From Pseudomonadota bacterium (GTDB lineage Bacteria > Bdellovibrionota > Bdellovibrionia > Bdellovibrionales > Bdellovibrionaceae), in the NCBI GenBank assembly GCA_041178425.1, contig JBEGVH010000030.1, positions 32,001 through 96,000 of the forward strand: DNA of 64,000 bases, written 5' to 3'. Below, piece after piece: positions 9,748 to 19,265 of this stretch. Both the position numbers and the translations under genes were made by a program. The stretch's first letter is position 1; each line of letters begins with the position of its first letter. The notes beneath the pieces are model-generated. The model was given only the letters and a program-made list of their open reading frames with translations. It had not been told where the DNA came from and did no database searches.

Positions 9748-11310
9748 TTATTGGGCCCGCTTGAGAAAAATATTGAGCTTGGTATTAGTGTTGTTGTTAC
9801 GAATAATTTGGTTTACCTGGTTGATGACCTGCTGGGTGGCTTGAGTTGCGGGGGGCGCAACAACAACCGTTGGCGGCACCACAATGACCGGTTGGGATGT
9901 GGGATTTACAACTCCTTGTGAGACCGAAGGCGCAAGATCGGTTCTGTCTAACATGAGCGTTGGAGCTGTTGGCGCAACGGGGGGCGGTGCCGATGGGGCG
10001 GAGGCTGTGGCGGCCCCAGCAGTTGTGGATGCTGGCGTTCTCTGGTTGTTATTATTAGACGACTTAGAATCATTACTCGGGGCAGGGGCATTGGCCGTGT
10101 TTTTTCCTGCCTCCGACGGAGTCTCCGTTTTTACATTCGAAGGAGGTTCCTTTGCGGCCACAGCCTTATCGGGCTCGCGGCGAGGAGCATCCTTCTTTTC
10201 GGGAGCTTCTGGTTTTTTAGCTTCTTCTCGTTTCGCCACATCTTCTTTTTTAGCAGGCTCTTCCCTCTTTGCTACTTCGTCTTTTTTGGCTGGTTCGTCT
10301 TTTTTGGCCGTTTCCTCTTTCTTCACCGGCTCCTCTTTTTTAGAAGACTCTTCAGACTTTGCCTGCTCCGTATTTTTGGCATCGTCTTTTTTGGGATCAC
10401 TCTCTTTTTTTGCTTCTTTTTTGTCTTCTACCTCAGACCGTTCAGCCTTTTTATCTTCTTTTTTATCGTCAGACTTTTTCTCGTCTTTTTTATCTTCTTT
10501 TCGCTCATCTTTTTTGTCTTCAGACTTGCTTTCGTCTTTTTTCTGGTCGTCGGCTTTAGCCTCGTCTTTCTTTTCTTCTTTCTTGTCTTCCTTCTTGTCT
10601 TCTTTCTTTTCCTCTTGGGCCTGACCAGTCGAGTTTGATGCTGAGGTATCGGTCGCAGTCTCCGCTTTGGTTTCATTATTCAACTGCTTCATCTCGTCTT
10701 TCGGAACAGCCGCCGGCACTGAAGGCGGTGCGCCTTGAACGGCGGTTGTCATTTGCCCAGGATTCACAAAGACAGGGTTCATGATTTGCCCCTGAGGCCC
10801 TGGTGTACCAACAGCCACTTGCCCTTCGAAAGTAATAATCTTGGTTTCTTTTTTGCCCGGAGTGTAGCCAGTTAAGAAATCGGTACCACGAACGCCGGCG
10901 ACGGCCGTTGGAGTTTTGATATTAAATTTGTTTTTTTCGCCGTCATACTTTTGCTCTACTGTGGCTCGAACTTTTCCGTAGGCGATGTCGAGAGTCACTT
11001 GCTTATCGCCTTTTGCTGGGTCGTAAATATATTTTTCTAGAATTAACTTTGTATCGGGCGAGATATTAATAATGTTTTTATCGGCCATCACTATTTTTGC
11101 GCGAGCGTCTTTTCCTGCAACGATAGTATCCGACGGCACCACTTTTTTACCTATTTTAGCCTTTTCGGTGAGTCCACTTTTTGAGGTGATCTGTACATCG
11201 CCTTTGACCACCGTGAACGTTCCCGACGTATCTGCAAAAGCTGCTGGAACCAACAATACCACAAAAAATGCAATAGTAAAAAATTGGATTAAACTAGTTC
11301 GACCGGCCAT
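9748..11310 (-). CDS. Exported FecR-domain protein with a long charged low-complexity linker
   Basis: Signal peptide; FNIKTPTAVAGVRGTDF and ITFEGQV FecR motifs; K/E/D repeats; ATG 11310 behind GGAG. Confidence 0.85.
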   Translation of the reverse strand: MAGRTSLIQFFTIAFFVVLLVPAAFADTSGTFTVVKGDVQITSKSGLTEKAKIGKKVVPSDTIVAGKDARAKIVMADKNIINISPDTKLILEKYIYDPAKGDKQVTLDIAYGKVRATVEQKYDGEKNKFNIKTPTAVAGVRGTDFLTGYTPGKKETKIITFEGQVAVGTPGPQGQIMNPVFVNPGQMTTAVQGAPPSVPAAVPKDEMKQLNNETKAETATDTSASNSTGQAQEEKKEDKKEDKKEEKKDEAKADDQKKDESKSEDKKDERKEDKKDEKKSDDKKEDKKAERSEVEDKKEAKKESDPKKDDAKNTEQAKSEESSKKEEPVKKEETAKKDEPAKKDEVAKREEPAKKEDVAKREEAKKPEAPEKKDAPRREPDKAVAAKEPPSNVKTETPSEAGKNTANAPAPSNDSKSSNNNNQRTPASTTAGAATASAPSAPPPVAPTAPTLMLDRTDLAPSVSQGVVNPTSQPVIVVPPTVVVAPPATQATQQVINQVNQIIRNNNTNTKLNIFLKRAQ

Positions 11311-11342
11311 TAAATTCTCCAATCAGAGTAACTTCACTGCAC

Positions 11343-11372
11343 TACTTATCGGCCTTTTGGAGTTAAAAAATA
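11343..11372 (-). promoter_or_regulatory. FliA (sigma28)-type promoter for the FecR gene
   Basis: Perfect GCCGATAA -10 on the minus strand (11346-11353); weak -35. Confidence 0.6.
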
Positions 11373-11497
11373 AGTGAAAAAGCAGCGAAAAGATTAGAAA
11401 TAGTTCAATGCTTTGGCCACCAGACAATCGACAATAATAGCCAATTCTCAAACTGAGACTATGACTTAACCCAAATCGTTTAAAAGTAATATAGGCG

Positions 11498-14275
11498 CTA
11501 CTTTGTCTTCATCACAAAAACACCATCCCAATTATCGGGAGGAGGATCGGTCATAAACTCAAGGCAACGTTCCACGTAGAGTTTAGAGACCGGATCTTCG
11601 GGCTCGACATCGAGTGCTCGTTGAAAGTGTGCGAGAGCTTCATTGAAATTCTTTTGATGATAAAGCCCATAGCCCGAATTGAAATGCACGATCATGTCTC
11701 GTTTTGCGGCACTAGGGGGCCCTTCACTGATGAGTTCATAAATTTTAATGGGCTGCAGTTTTCCTTTAACCCTCACCCAATCAACCTCTCGGCATGTAAA
11801 CTCGCTCTTAACATCTTCGTGCGTGAATTCGCTGATGATAATGCGGGTTCCATACTCTTTGTTGATACCCTCGAGGCGCGAACCAAGATTCACACCATCA
11901 CCCATCACGGTGTAGCTTCGCACAATGTCGGAACCCATATTGCCCACCGACATATCAGAGGTGTTGATACCAATGCCGATATCGATCAACGGATACCCAC
12001 GCTTCTTAAAATCCTCTTGAATGTCTTTGAGTTTTTGAATGCTCTGCAAGGCACAACGACAAGCGTACTTTGCATGATCATCGTAGGCGACAGGAGCACC
12101 AAAAAAAGCCATGATCGCATCGCCCATGTATTTATCGAGCGTGCCTTTGTTGTTAAACACAATGTAGGTCATTGGTGTGAGATACTCGGTAAGCACATTG
12201 GCCAGCATCTGCGGGTCGAGTTTTTCCGAAATAGTGGTAAAGCCCCGTACGTCAGAGAACATCACCGACATTCTCTGTTTTTTTCCACCCAACTGAACAT
12301 TTTCTGGATCTTTAAGAATTTCCTCGACGATGGCCGGAGAGACGTATTTAGAAAAGGTTGCTTTGAGATACTTCTTTTTACGCTCCTCGAAGAAATATTT
12401 TACAAAGGTCGTCGTTACATAAATTATAGTTACCTCAATCACCAAAAAAGCGGAGGCTGCAACAATCCCCTTTTGAAAAAGAAACACTTTATCTACAAAC
12501 AAGATGGCCAGCATCAAAACTAAAGTGGTTATCATGCCCGAGATCGCACCCAGGTGATTGATCAAATACGAACTAAGAAAACCCAAGAGCAAAAGTGCAA
12601 TAATCATCACCGGAAACTCTTTGGCCTCAGCTCGCAAAAAGTTTTGCGATAGCAAGTTGCCAAGAACGTTGACGTGAGTTTCAACCCCAGGAAAGTTTTC
12701 TTCAAAGGGGGTCACGCGCAGGTCATACACTCCCACAGCCGTGGCGCCCACCACAAAAATGCGATCTTTAATAAACTCAGAACGATCCACAAGTTTTTCT
12801 TCTATACGGTATTTCTGGGTCTTTGGATCGAGCGTTTGCTGATATATTTTTATCTTGGGCCTGCTATGAAAGAGCTCCGAGGCCGGCAGATGGGGGTAAG
12901 ACATCTGTGCGCCCGTGTAGTTGATGTAAATGCGTCCACGGTGATCCACCGGAATACTAAATTTAACCTGGTCTGTTTCTGGATCTTTAATTTCTAGTTT
13001 GCTCACGGCGAACTGGCGATTTTCAAAAGAGCCAAAAAGATCAGAGCGGTCTTTGTCGAGCGTCAAGTAGGCCTGATAGCCCGTCGAGATCAAATAGGTT
13101 TGCAAAGCCAACGACGGAATCAAGTCTTCTTGTCGTGCCCCAGCTCGATAAAAAAGCGGAGACCTGCGAATAGTTCCATCGGCATCAAGAAAGGCCGCAA
13201 ACATACCAAAGTGAGCAGACGCCTTAGTAAGTAAAGGAATATCAACAGTCCAACGCCCCGTCTGCATAATGGGATTAATAAAGATATAGCCTCTAAGTTT
13301 GTCGAGTTCTCCACGGAGTGTGGTATTTGCTAACACTTTGTTTTCTTCGAAGAGTTTGGGCCAGCTTTTTTCCCAGTAGTCAAAAAAACGATCGGCCTTG
13401 GGATTCAGCCATGTTGAACAATAATGCCGAAGAGCTTTTTCTTTGGCCGCTGTCACTTGAGCTTGCTCTATGGTGTTGAGTTTTGACTGAGAGTTTTTGA
13501 AGAGTTCTTTTTCGATAAAGCGCTGGCGCTCTTCGGCCTCGATCTTTTCAAAGAGCGGCTGAAAAAAACGATCAAAAGGAGTGTTTTCAAAGACAAAGCT
13601 GCTTTTGGAATTATGATAAAACTCATTAAAGATAAAGGGCGGCCACTCTTCGGCCTCACGAATCACGTAACCTTGGCTTCTCTTAAAGGCCTCGGTGTAG
13701 CAAAGATTTTGATAGGGATCGAGCACTTCTGACAAGCCATCATAGAAAGCTCCCATGACGAGTTTTTCTCGATGCTTATTGAGAACATCGGCAAACACCT
13801 GATCGGGGTTGAGTTGAGCTTTGATTTCTTGCGCGACCCTGCTCGAAAGAGCACTTTTTTGCTCCATCGATTCAACCACCTTGATGGCTTTTTCTTCTTG
13901 AGGCTCAGAAAAAACCATATCGAAGGCAAGATTTTTGGCCCCTTGTTGCATGAGTGTATCGACCAATTGGCCCATGGTTTCTCGACTCCAAGGCCAGCGA
14001 CCCACTTGATTAAGGCTCGCATCGTCGATAGCCAGCACAGCCACCTTCTCTTTGCCCTCCATCTGACCCCGTAAGCGCAATCGAAAGTCGAGTGTTTTTT
14101 GATCAACAAACTCAAGCACCTTAAAGGTCAGACTATGCTCGCCGTCTTCAATGCTGAGATCATACTTTTCGGTGTAATAGTTAAAAACGGAGTAAGTAAA
14201 TAAAAGGGTTGCAACCACCCCAACCGTCGTTGTGCTTTGCAACCACTCATAAAACCGATTCGATTTTTTTTCCAT
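11498..14275 (-). CDS. CHASE2-domain class III adenylate cyclase with C-terminal TPR
   Basis: IDDASL..GRWPWSR, AFDMVFSE, 3 TM helices, FSDVRGFT, LDKYMGDAIMA, YTVMGDGVNLGSRLEG; Lys/Thr specificity residues suggest ATP. Confidence 0.92.
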   Translation of the reverse strand: MEKKSNRFYEWLQSTTTVGVVATLLFTYSVFNYYTEKYDLSIEDGEHSLTFKVLEFVDQKTLDFRLRLRGQMEGKEKVAVLAIDDASLNQVGRWPWSRETMGQLVDTLMQQGAKNLAFDMVFSEPQEEKAIKVVESMEQKSALSSRVAQEIKAQLNPDQVFADVLNKHREKLVMGAFYDGLSEVLDPYQNLCYTEAFKRSQGYVIREAEEWPPFIFNEFYHNSKSSFVFENTPFDRFFQPLFEKIEAEERQRFIEKELFKNSQSKLNTIEQAQVTAAKEKALRHYCSTWLNPKADRFFDYWEKSWPKLFEENKVLANTTLRGELDKLRGYIFINPIMQTGRWTVDIPLLTKASAHFGMFAAFLDADGTIRRSPLFYRAGARQEDLIPSLALQTYLISTGYQAYLTLDKDRSDLFGSFENRQFAVSKLEIKDPETDQVKFSIPVDHRGRIYINYTGAQMSYPHLPASELFHSRPKIKIYQQTLDPKTQKYRIEEKLVDRSEFIKDRIFVVGATAVGVYDLRVTPFEENFPGVETHVNVLGNLLSQNFLRAEAKEFPVMIIALLLLGFLSSYLINHLGAISGMITTLVLMLAILFVDKVFLFQKGIVAASAFLVIEVTIIYVTTTFVKYFFEERKKKYLKATFSKYVSPAIVEEILKDPENVQLGGKKQRMSVMFSDVRGFTTISEKLDPQMLANVLTEYLTPMTYIVFNNKGTLDKYMGDAIMAFFGAPVAYDDHAKYACRCALQSIQKLKDIQEDFKKRGYPLIDIGIGINTSDMSVGNMGSDIVRSYTVMGDGVNLGSRLEGINKEYGTRIIISEFTHEDVKSEFTCREVDWVRVKGKLQPIKIYELISEGPPSAAKRDMIVHFNSGYGLYHQKNFNEALAHFQRALDVEPEDPVSKLYVERCLEFMTDPPPDNWDGVFVMKTK

Positions 14276-14310
14276 TTGCGCTACCTAGTTGCTAAATCCA
14301 TGTTGTTTTT

Positions 14311-17300
14311 TTAGAGCCCACGACCACTAAAGTAATTAGAATTCTCCGATTCTATCGTCGAAGGTAAACTGGAAGCTCCTTTAGTGGAGTTATTAGTGGC
14401 ATCGATTATAACTCCGCGAATGGCTCCTGAAAATCCCTTGCCGATTGAAAAACTATCAATAGGAGTCATCGTCGTAGGTATTGGAATAGAACCACTCTTC
14501 ATCGACGTTTCGCTATCAACCTTTAACACCCATGTATGTTGGGTGTTGTACGCGTCAATATTTCTCTTGAGCGTCAGCGTCTTCCATGTCGGCGTCGATG
14601 GAGGATCAAACTCGCTACTGGCAATACCTCCCGGGCCAAGCAGAACAAGCTTGTTCGAATAAGTCTTCATCAAGCGCACAGACATTTTACCAATATCCTC
14701 AGGCAATGGCACTTTATCAGCGAGCTGGCCGTTGCCAAATTGCCCTTTTAGATTGCTACCCCAACATTTAACCTCTTTCATATTTGTGCCAGTTATTACG
14801 ATGTCAGATATCGCACAGGTGTGATTGGCCCCTGCTGTCAAGAAGGAGTAGGTATTTCCACTGTCAACATAGCGTGGAACAGATTCACCTGAATTATAGG
14901 TTAAGTCTCCGCGCTGGCCATTGGAGTTCCCTCCCCAACAAACGAGCTTATTATCACTGGCGATGGCACACGCATGATTGTCGCCCAAAGAAACCGTTTT
15001 AAAAGTGGTTGGTGTGCCACCCCCAGAGGACAATTGTGTCGGAGTCGTCTTATTTGTGGTGCCGCTTCCATCTCCTAATTTTCCTTGTTGGTTATTACCC
15101 CAACATTTGATGTTTCCAGGCGAAGGGACTGTTTGGCTTGGCATACCGATAATTCCACAGGTAAAATCGGGGCCTAGAGAAATTTGATAATAGGTCGTAC
15201 CAGTTTGAATTATGGTCGGTGAATTCTTTTGAACGGTCGTACCATCACCCAATTGCCCGTCGTTATTTTTGCCCCAGCATTTTAGCACGCCATTGGTTGT
15301 GATTCCACAAGTATGGGAGTCGCCAAGCGCTATTTTTGAATAAGAAGTTCCCGAATCAATAATGGTCGGTGAAGTCTTTTGAGCGGTCGTAGTATCACCC
15401 AATTGCCCCGAGCCATTATCTCCCCAGCATTTTAATACATTAGCGGTAGTAATCGCGCAGGTGTGCGATTGTCCAACGCTCACAGAAGTGTAAGAATCCG
15501 AACCAGTCACTTTCACCAACGAGGAGCCTCCGCTACCAGCGCTACCAGCGCTACCAGCGCTACCAGTGCCTAACTGACCATGACTGTTGAGGCCCCAGCA
15601 GTATAATTCACCTGATGGAGTGGAGCTAGTTATACCACACGAATGAGAGACCCCAGTGGCAATAAGGCTAAATGTTTTGGTATCGTCAAAAGATCGAGGA
15701 ATAGTCACCAGTTGGGTGGAAGAACCCGCTGGGTTAGAGCTTCCGAGTTGTAAACTGCTATTGTCGCCCCAACACCGACCATTACCTCCACTGGTAATTC
15801 CACAGGTGTAATCAGTTCCCGCACTCAAATAAGTGAAGGATTCAGGCGTTGCCGTTTTTAAACTCAACAATGTTGAATCTTGAATTCCATTTAATTTAAA
15901 TCTCAAAGACACGGCCAGCTCATCAATAGCCTTAATGGCCGTGCCCGTTGGGTTAGAAAACATTCCCCCCAATGGCATTCCTGTCATTGCAACACCATCC
16001 GCTTTGGGATCTGCGGTGGAAGTGAAAGCCGACAAAAAAGAAATCGGATTGAGGTAATACCCATCAGGGACCGTCGGCATGGGCCAAGTGGAATCGGCAG
16101 AGTAATTGGTTGCTGAACTCAAAAAGTCTGAGGTGGCTACTACTTTCAAAGTGGAGGGCCTATTTGGAACAAGGGCTGTCGCCGAGCTTATCGATAAATA
16201 GAATGAACTTTCGTTGCGCAACCGAAGAGCCTGCGCCTCAATGATCACCACTGTCGTAGTTGCTCCTGGTGAACCATTGTCCTTCATCATTAAATTTGCG
16301 GGGCTTAGTCCGTTCGTCATGGCGATTGAGCTTTGTGATGTTCCATTACATCCGTTGGTGAAACTATAGTTTATAGCACTTCCATCGTAATTTTTAGCAG
16401 TTAAAGTCACAGAATCATTAAAGCTTGTCATTACCGTGTTACTGTTATCTTTGGCTTTCAATTGCACTGGCACACATGCACCATAGACAACGGGCTGACC
16501 ATTATTAACAACGATCTCCAAAAAATTAGCGGCGGCGTGGGCATTAACAAAAAGTTTGACTGGCTCAATGCGAGAACTGTCAGGTGGAGTCAAGGTGATC
16601 ATACGATTGGAACTGATCGTTCCGGTCGATGTTGTTTTTATATATATTTTCTTCCTATAGGAATTTGCAGAAAATTCCACGCTACTCAACTTGTTGGGGC
16701 TTGAGCAGCTATCGTATAAACCAAAGCTAGCGTCACCAGAGGATAGCGACGTTTCCGGAAAATTCGCAATATCCGAAACGCTGAGGTTCAGAAAAATAGA
16801 GGTGTTGCCAATAGCACCAATTGTTCGCGTGCTCTTATTCATCGCAAAGATTTCAACTTCCTCACACTGGTTAGGACCCAACCAATAATCTTTTCGACCC
16901 AACGCTAAGTGATCGATAGTACCAGCAGAAGACGAAATGTTGACCTGCAAATTTTTAGAAATCGTGCCTCCAAAACTTGTACTGGATACACTGATTGTGC
17001 CACCCCCAGCATTTGTCGATCGCACCCATAATCGGGCCATCTTTGATCCCGAGGCAATCGATACCGTCAATGATGGCGTTCCTGTTCCTGGAGCAGCACA
17101 CTGCGATTCCTCACTGTAAAGCGAAAAAGGGGCCGTTGCGGACGCCACAGACGCAGCATTGTAGGTAATGGAACTAGCCGTCACGTTAAAGCTGCGTACA
17201 ACCGAATTTGAGATATTGTGATCAACAACCTCGCCTTCTTCGTTCACTAACCTGAGATCAATTGCCTGGCATTGGCTAGTGCCCATACTTCCGGGGAAAG

Positions 17301-18873
17301 TGGGATTAATAACAAAGTTATTAGCAACCTTAACGACCGGTGGAGTTACCGGCGTGCCTGGCGACACTGGTGCCGACCCGTCGCCTGACGAATCAAGTTG
17401 CGTCGCATACCCCGCTGGAAACGCTTCCCCTCCCCTTTGCGGACAAAAAACTAACATCGGAACTTGATCAATCGTGGGCACTGGAGGCGCAGGAATATCC
17501 TCTGAGTAGCCGAGTTTACCATTTGTCAGTCTAATCATCGAAAGGGGCTTGAACCCAAAACTTCCTTTGGCGATCTCACCGCACTTTGGTTTGCCATCAT
17601 CGTAGAAATCACTTCTATAAGATGAATCGATTTTATCCATCCGGTAGTAAACGCCAATGGTATCAAAAAGTGTCGGGATACCAGGCACCAAATTGAATGT
17701 TGCAGTGATCATAGTAGTTGTGTTTGGTTTGATTTGAACCGGCGAGCTGCCATAAGTCAGATCCGTCGGAAAACGAAAAACTCCCGACACACCTAAAATA
17801 GCATCTTCATCACCCCAGTAATCTAAAAGCTTCGGTCTGAACGGCAAAACCGTGTCATAGGCTTTTGACAAATCAGTGACTGCACATTGCACAACGCTCG
17901 AAGCTCGCTGGGCGGTCACAAGGCCCGTTGATGGCCCAACGCTGCCAGGCTTCCATTCGATTGGCGTCGCTTTGGAGGAGTCTGTGTATAAATTGCTATA
18001 AGTATTGGTATTAGAATTAGAATCAGTATCAGAAACAGAATTAAAACCAGTAAAACAAACCTTAAATTCATTGTTCACACCAGGACCAAATAAACCCAAA
18101 ACCGTAGAGTACGCCCCCTGAGAATCACCGCCGCCCCCACCGCTGTAAAACCTAGTTAAGGCAGGGATGTTGATCTTCATAATTTTATTGTCATTATAAC
18201 TAAAGGAATTGAGCGTGTAGTTGCTTAACAGTGTTTTTTCACTACCCGCCATCACGAGCTCAAAAGGCACCTCTTCCAGCGCAAGCTCCGAAAACCAACC
18301 GTTGACGATAGAGCCTCTCTTAATCACCACCGGATAGCTTGCTCCCTGTGGTTTAAAGCGAAGTTCTGTAATACCTGTGGGCCCGTAGCTCTCGCGCTCT
18401 AAATAACGGCCAGCAACCCGACCAGCATTGATATTACCGCTGCCCACCGAACGCATCGGTAACTCCACATTCACATCGCCGCCGTTGAGATCTTTTTTGA
18501 CTTCGCCGTAAAGAAACTCCCCCTCACTCGAATCAGGATCAATGTAAACCGCTAGAACCTGAATCACTCGCTCGGGCCCCGAAGGCACTTGCACGCTATA
18601 GTTGAGGGGTAACTCAGCCGGAGTGCTGCCATCTCCTTTATCCGCATCGTAAGATTGGGCAATGGGCACGGCGATTCCGCTTCCTCGAACGTTAATGAAC
18701 AAGTGCCCAAGCATACCCACCGTTGAAAGGCCATTGACGGCTTTGGTGGAGAACTCCATTTTTTGTGGCACCGAGATAGATAACTGAGAAACCTCTCGAT
18801 CAGGTCGAGAGCAAGCCACCAGAACCAGGAGAAGGAGTGCACCTAAGAATCTCTGAAAATTCAACGTCTTCAC
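14311..18873 (-). CDS. Large surface lipoprotein with Ig-like regions, RCC1 beta-propeller and LamG-like C-terminal fold
   Basis: GTG start behind GAGG, lipobox LVAC, about 7 repeats of [HY]TC[AG]I...CWG.N..GQLG. Confidence 0.85.
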   Translation of the reverse strand: MKTLNFQRFLGALLLLVLVACSRPDREVSQLSISVPQKMEFSTKAVNGLSTVGMLGHLFINVRGSGIAVPIAQSYDADKGDGSTPAELPLNYSVQVPSGPERVIQVLAVYIDPDSSEGEFLYGEVKKDLNGGDVNVELPMRSVGSGNINAGRVAGRYLERESYGPTGITELRFKPQGASYPVVIKRGSIVNGWFSELALEEVPFELVMAGSEKTLLSNYTLNSFSYNDNKIMKINIPALTRFYSGGGGGDSQGAYSTVLGLFGPGVNNEFKVCFTGFNSVSDTDSNSNTNTYSNLYTDSSKATPIEWKPGSVGPSTGLVTAQRASSVVQCAVTDLSKAYDTVLPFRPKLLDYWGDEDAILGVSGVFRFPTDLTYGSSPVQIKPNTTTMITATFNLVPGIPTLFDTIGVYYRMDKIDSSYRSDFYDDGKPKCGEIAKGSFGFKPLSMIRLTNGKLGYSEDIPAPPVPTIDQVPMLVFCPQRGGEAFPAGYATQLDSSGDGSAPVSPGTPVTPPVVKVANNFVINPTFPGSMGTSQCQAIDLRLVNEEGEVVDHNISNSVVRSFNVTASSITYNAASVASATAPFSLYSEESQCAAPGTGTPSLTVSIASGSKMARLWVRSTNAGGGTISVSSTSFGGTISKNLQVNISSSAGTIDHLALGRKDYWLGPNQCEEVEIFAMNKSTRTIGAIGNTSIFLNLSVSDIANFPETSLSSGDASFGLYDSCSSPNKLSSVEFSANSYRKKIYIKTTSTGTISSNRMITLTPPDSSRIEPVKLFVNAHAAANFLEIVVNNGQPVVYGACVPVQLKAKDNSNTVMTSFNDSVTLTAKNYDGSAINYSFTNGCNGTSQSSIAMTNGLSPANLMMKDNGSPGATTTVVIIEAQALRLRNESSFYLSISSATALVPNRPSTLKVVATSDFLSSATNYSADSTWPMPTVPDGYYLNPISFLSAFTSTADPKADGVAMTGMPLGGMFSNPTGTAIKAIDELAVSLRFKLNGIQDSTLLSLKTATPESFTYLSAGTDYTCGITSGGNGRCWGDNSSLQLGSSNPAGSSTQLVTIPRSFDDTKTFSLIATGVSHSCGITSSTPSGELYCWGLNSHGQLGTGSAGSAGSAGSGGSSLVKVTGSDSYTSVSVGQSHTCAITTANVLKCWGDNGSGQLGDTTTAQKTSPTIIDSGTSYSKIALGDSHTCGITTNGVLKCWGKNNDGQLGDGTTVQKNSPTIIQTGTTYYQISLGPDFTCGIIGMPSQTVPSPGNIKCWGNNQQGKLGDGSGTTNKTTPTQLSSGGGTPTTFKTVSLGDNHACAIASDNKLVCWGGNSNGQRGDLTYNSGESVPRYVDSGNTYSFLTAGANHTCAISDIVITGTNMKEVKCWGSNLKGQFGNGQLADKVPLPEDIGKMSVRLMKTYSNKLVLLGPGGIASSEFDPPSTPTWKTLTLKRNIDAYNTQHTWVLKVDSETSMKSGSIPIPTTMTPIDSFSIGKGFSGAIRGVIIDATNNSTKGASSLPSTIESENSNYFSGRGL
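15531..15566. repeat. In-frame 9-bp tandem repeat, 4 copies (GSA linker)
   Basis: CGCTACCAG x4. Confidence 0.95.
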
Positions 18874-18890
18874 AAAATACCTCGCCGAAT

Positions 18891-18920
18891 TACTTATCGG
18901 CCAATTAGCGCGGAAATAGA
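18891..18920 (-). promoter_or_regulatory. FliA (sigma28)-type promoter for the RCC1 lipoprotein-cyclase operon
   Basis: GCCGATAA on the minus strand (18894-18901), 20 nt before the GTG; 12-bp identity with the site at 11343-11354. Confidence 0.6.
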
Positions 18921-19200
18921 GAGCCCTCATCAAACATTTAGTGTTCGTTACCGGCACTGTCGCATTTAAAGACGTTTCAAAACTTCAGATGAAGAGTTCA
19001 GAACTTTTTGTAGATACTGTGAACGAATATTTTGTAGAAAAGTGATTGCTCACTTTTAGATTTTTTATTTTGAATAATCAAAATGAGACAGTAAAAATTT
19101 TCCACGAGAATTTTTGTGCGAATTTTTTGTGATCCGGATTATTTGTGAGAAAAACAAAAATTATGTAACGCAAAAAAATTACTATTTAAATACCAAGACT

Positions 19201-19235
19201 AAAAAAAAAAGCGCCTCTTTTAAAGAGGCGCTTTT
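19201..19235 (-). terminator. Intrinsic terminator of pepA (bidirectional architecture)
   Basis: A10-GCGCCTCTTT-t-AAAGAGGCGC-TTTT. Confidence 0.9.
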
Positions 19236-19265
19236 CATGTTTTTGAACTGTTCTTAGGATCGACC

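Noticed and set aside
9884..10624. 246-aa Ser/Phe/Leu-rich ORF on the plus strand
   Set aside because: Antisense shadow of the K/E/D low-complexity linker of the FecR gene
11621..12523. 300-aa plus-strand ORF, and similar ORFs opposite pepA, lon, polA and metH
   Set aside because: Lie entirely antisense to well-supported genes, with no recognisable motifs
15212..15440. Near-identical repeat pair as a possible diversity-generating retroelement template/variable region
   Set aside because: Both copies are adjacent in-frame RCC1 blades, and no reverse transcriptase is in the window
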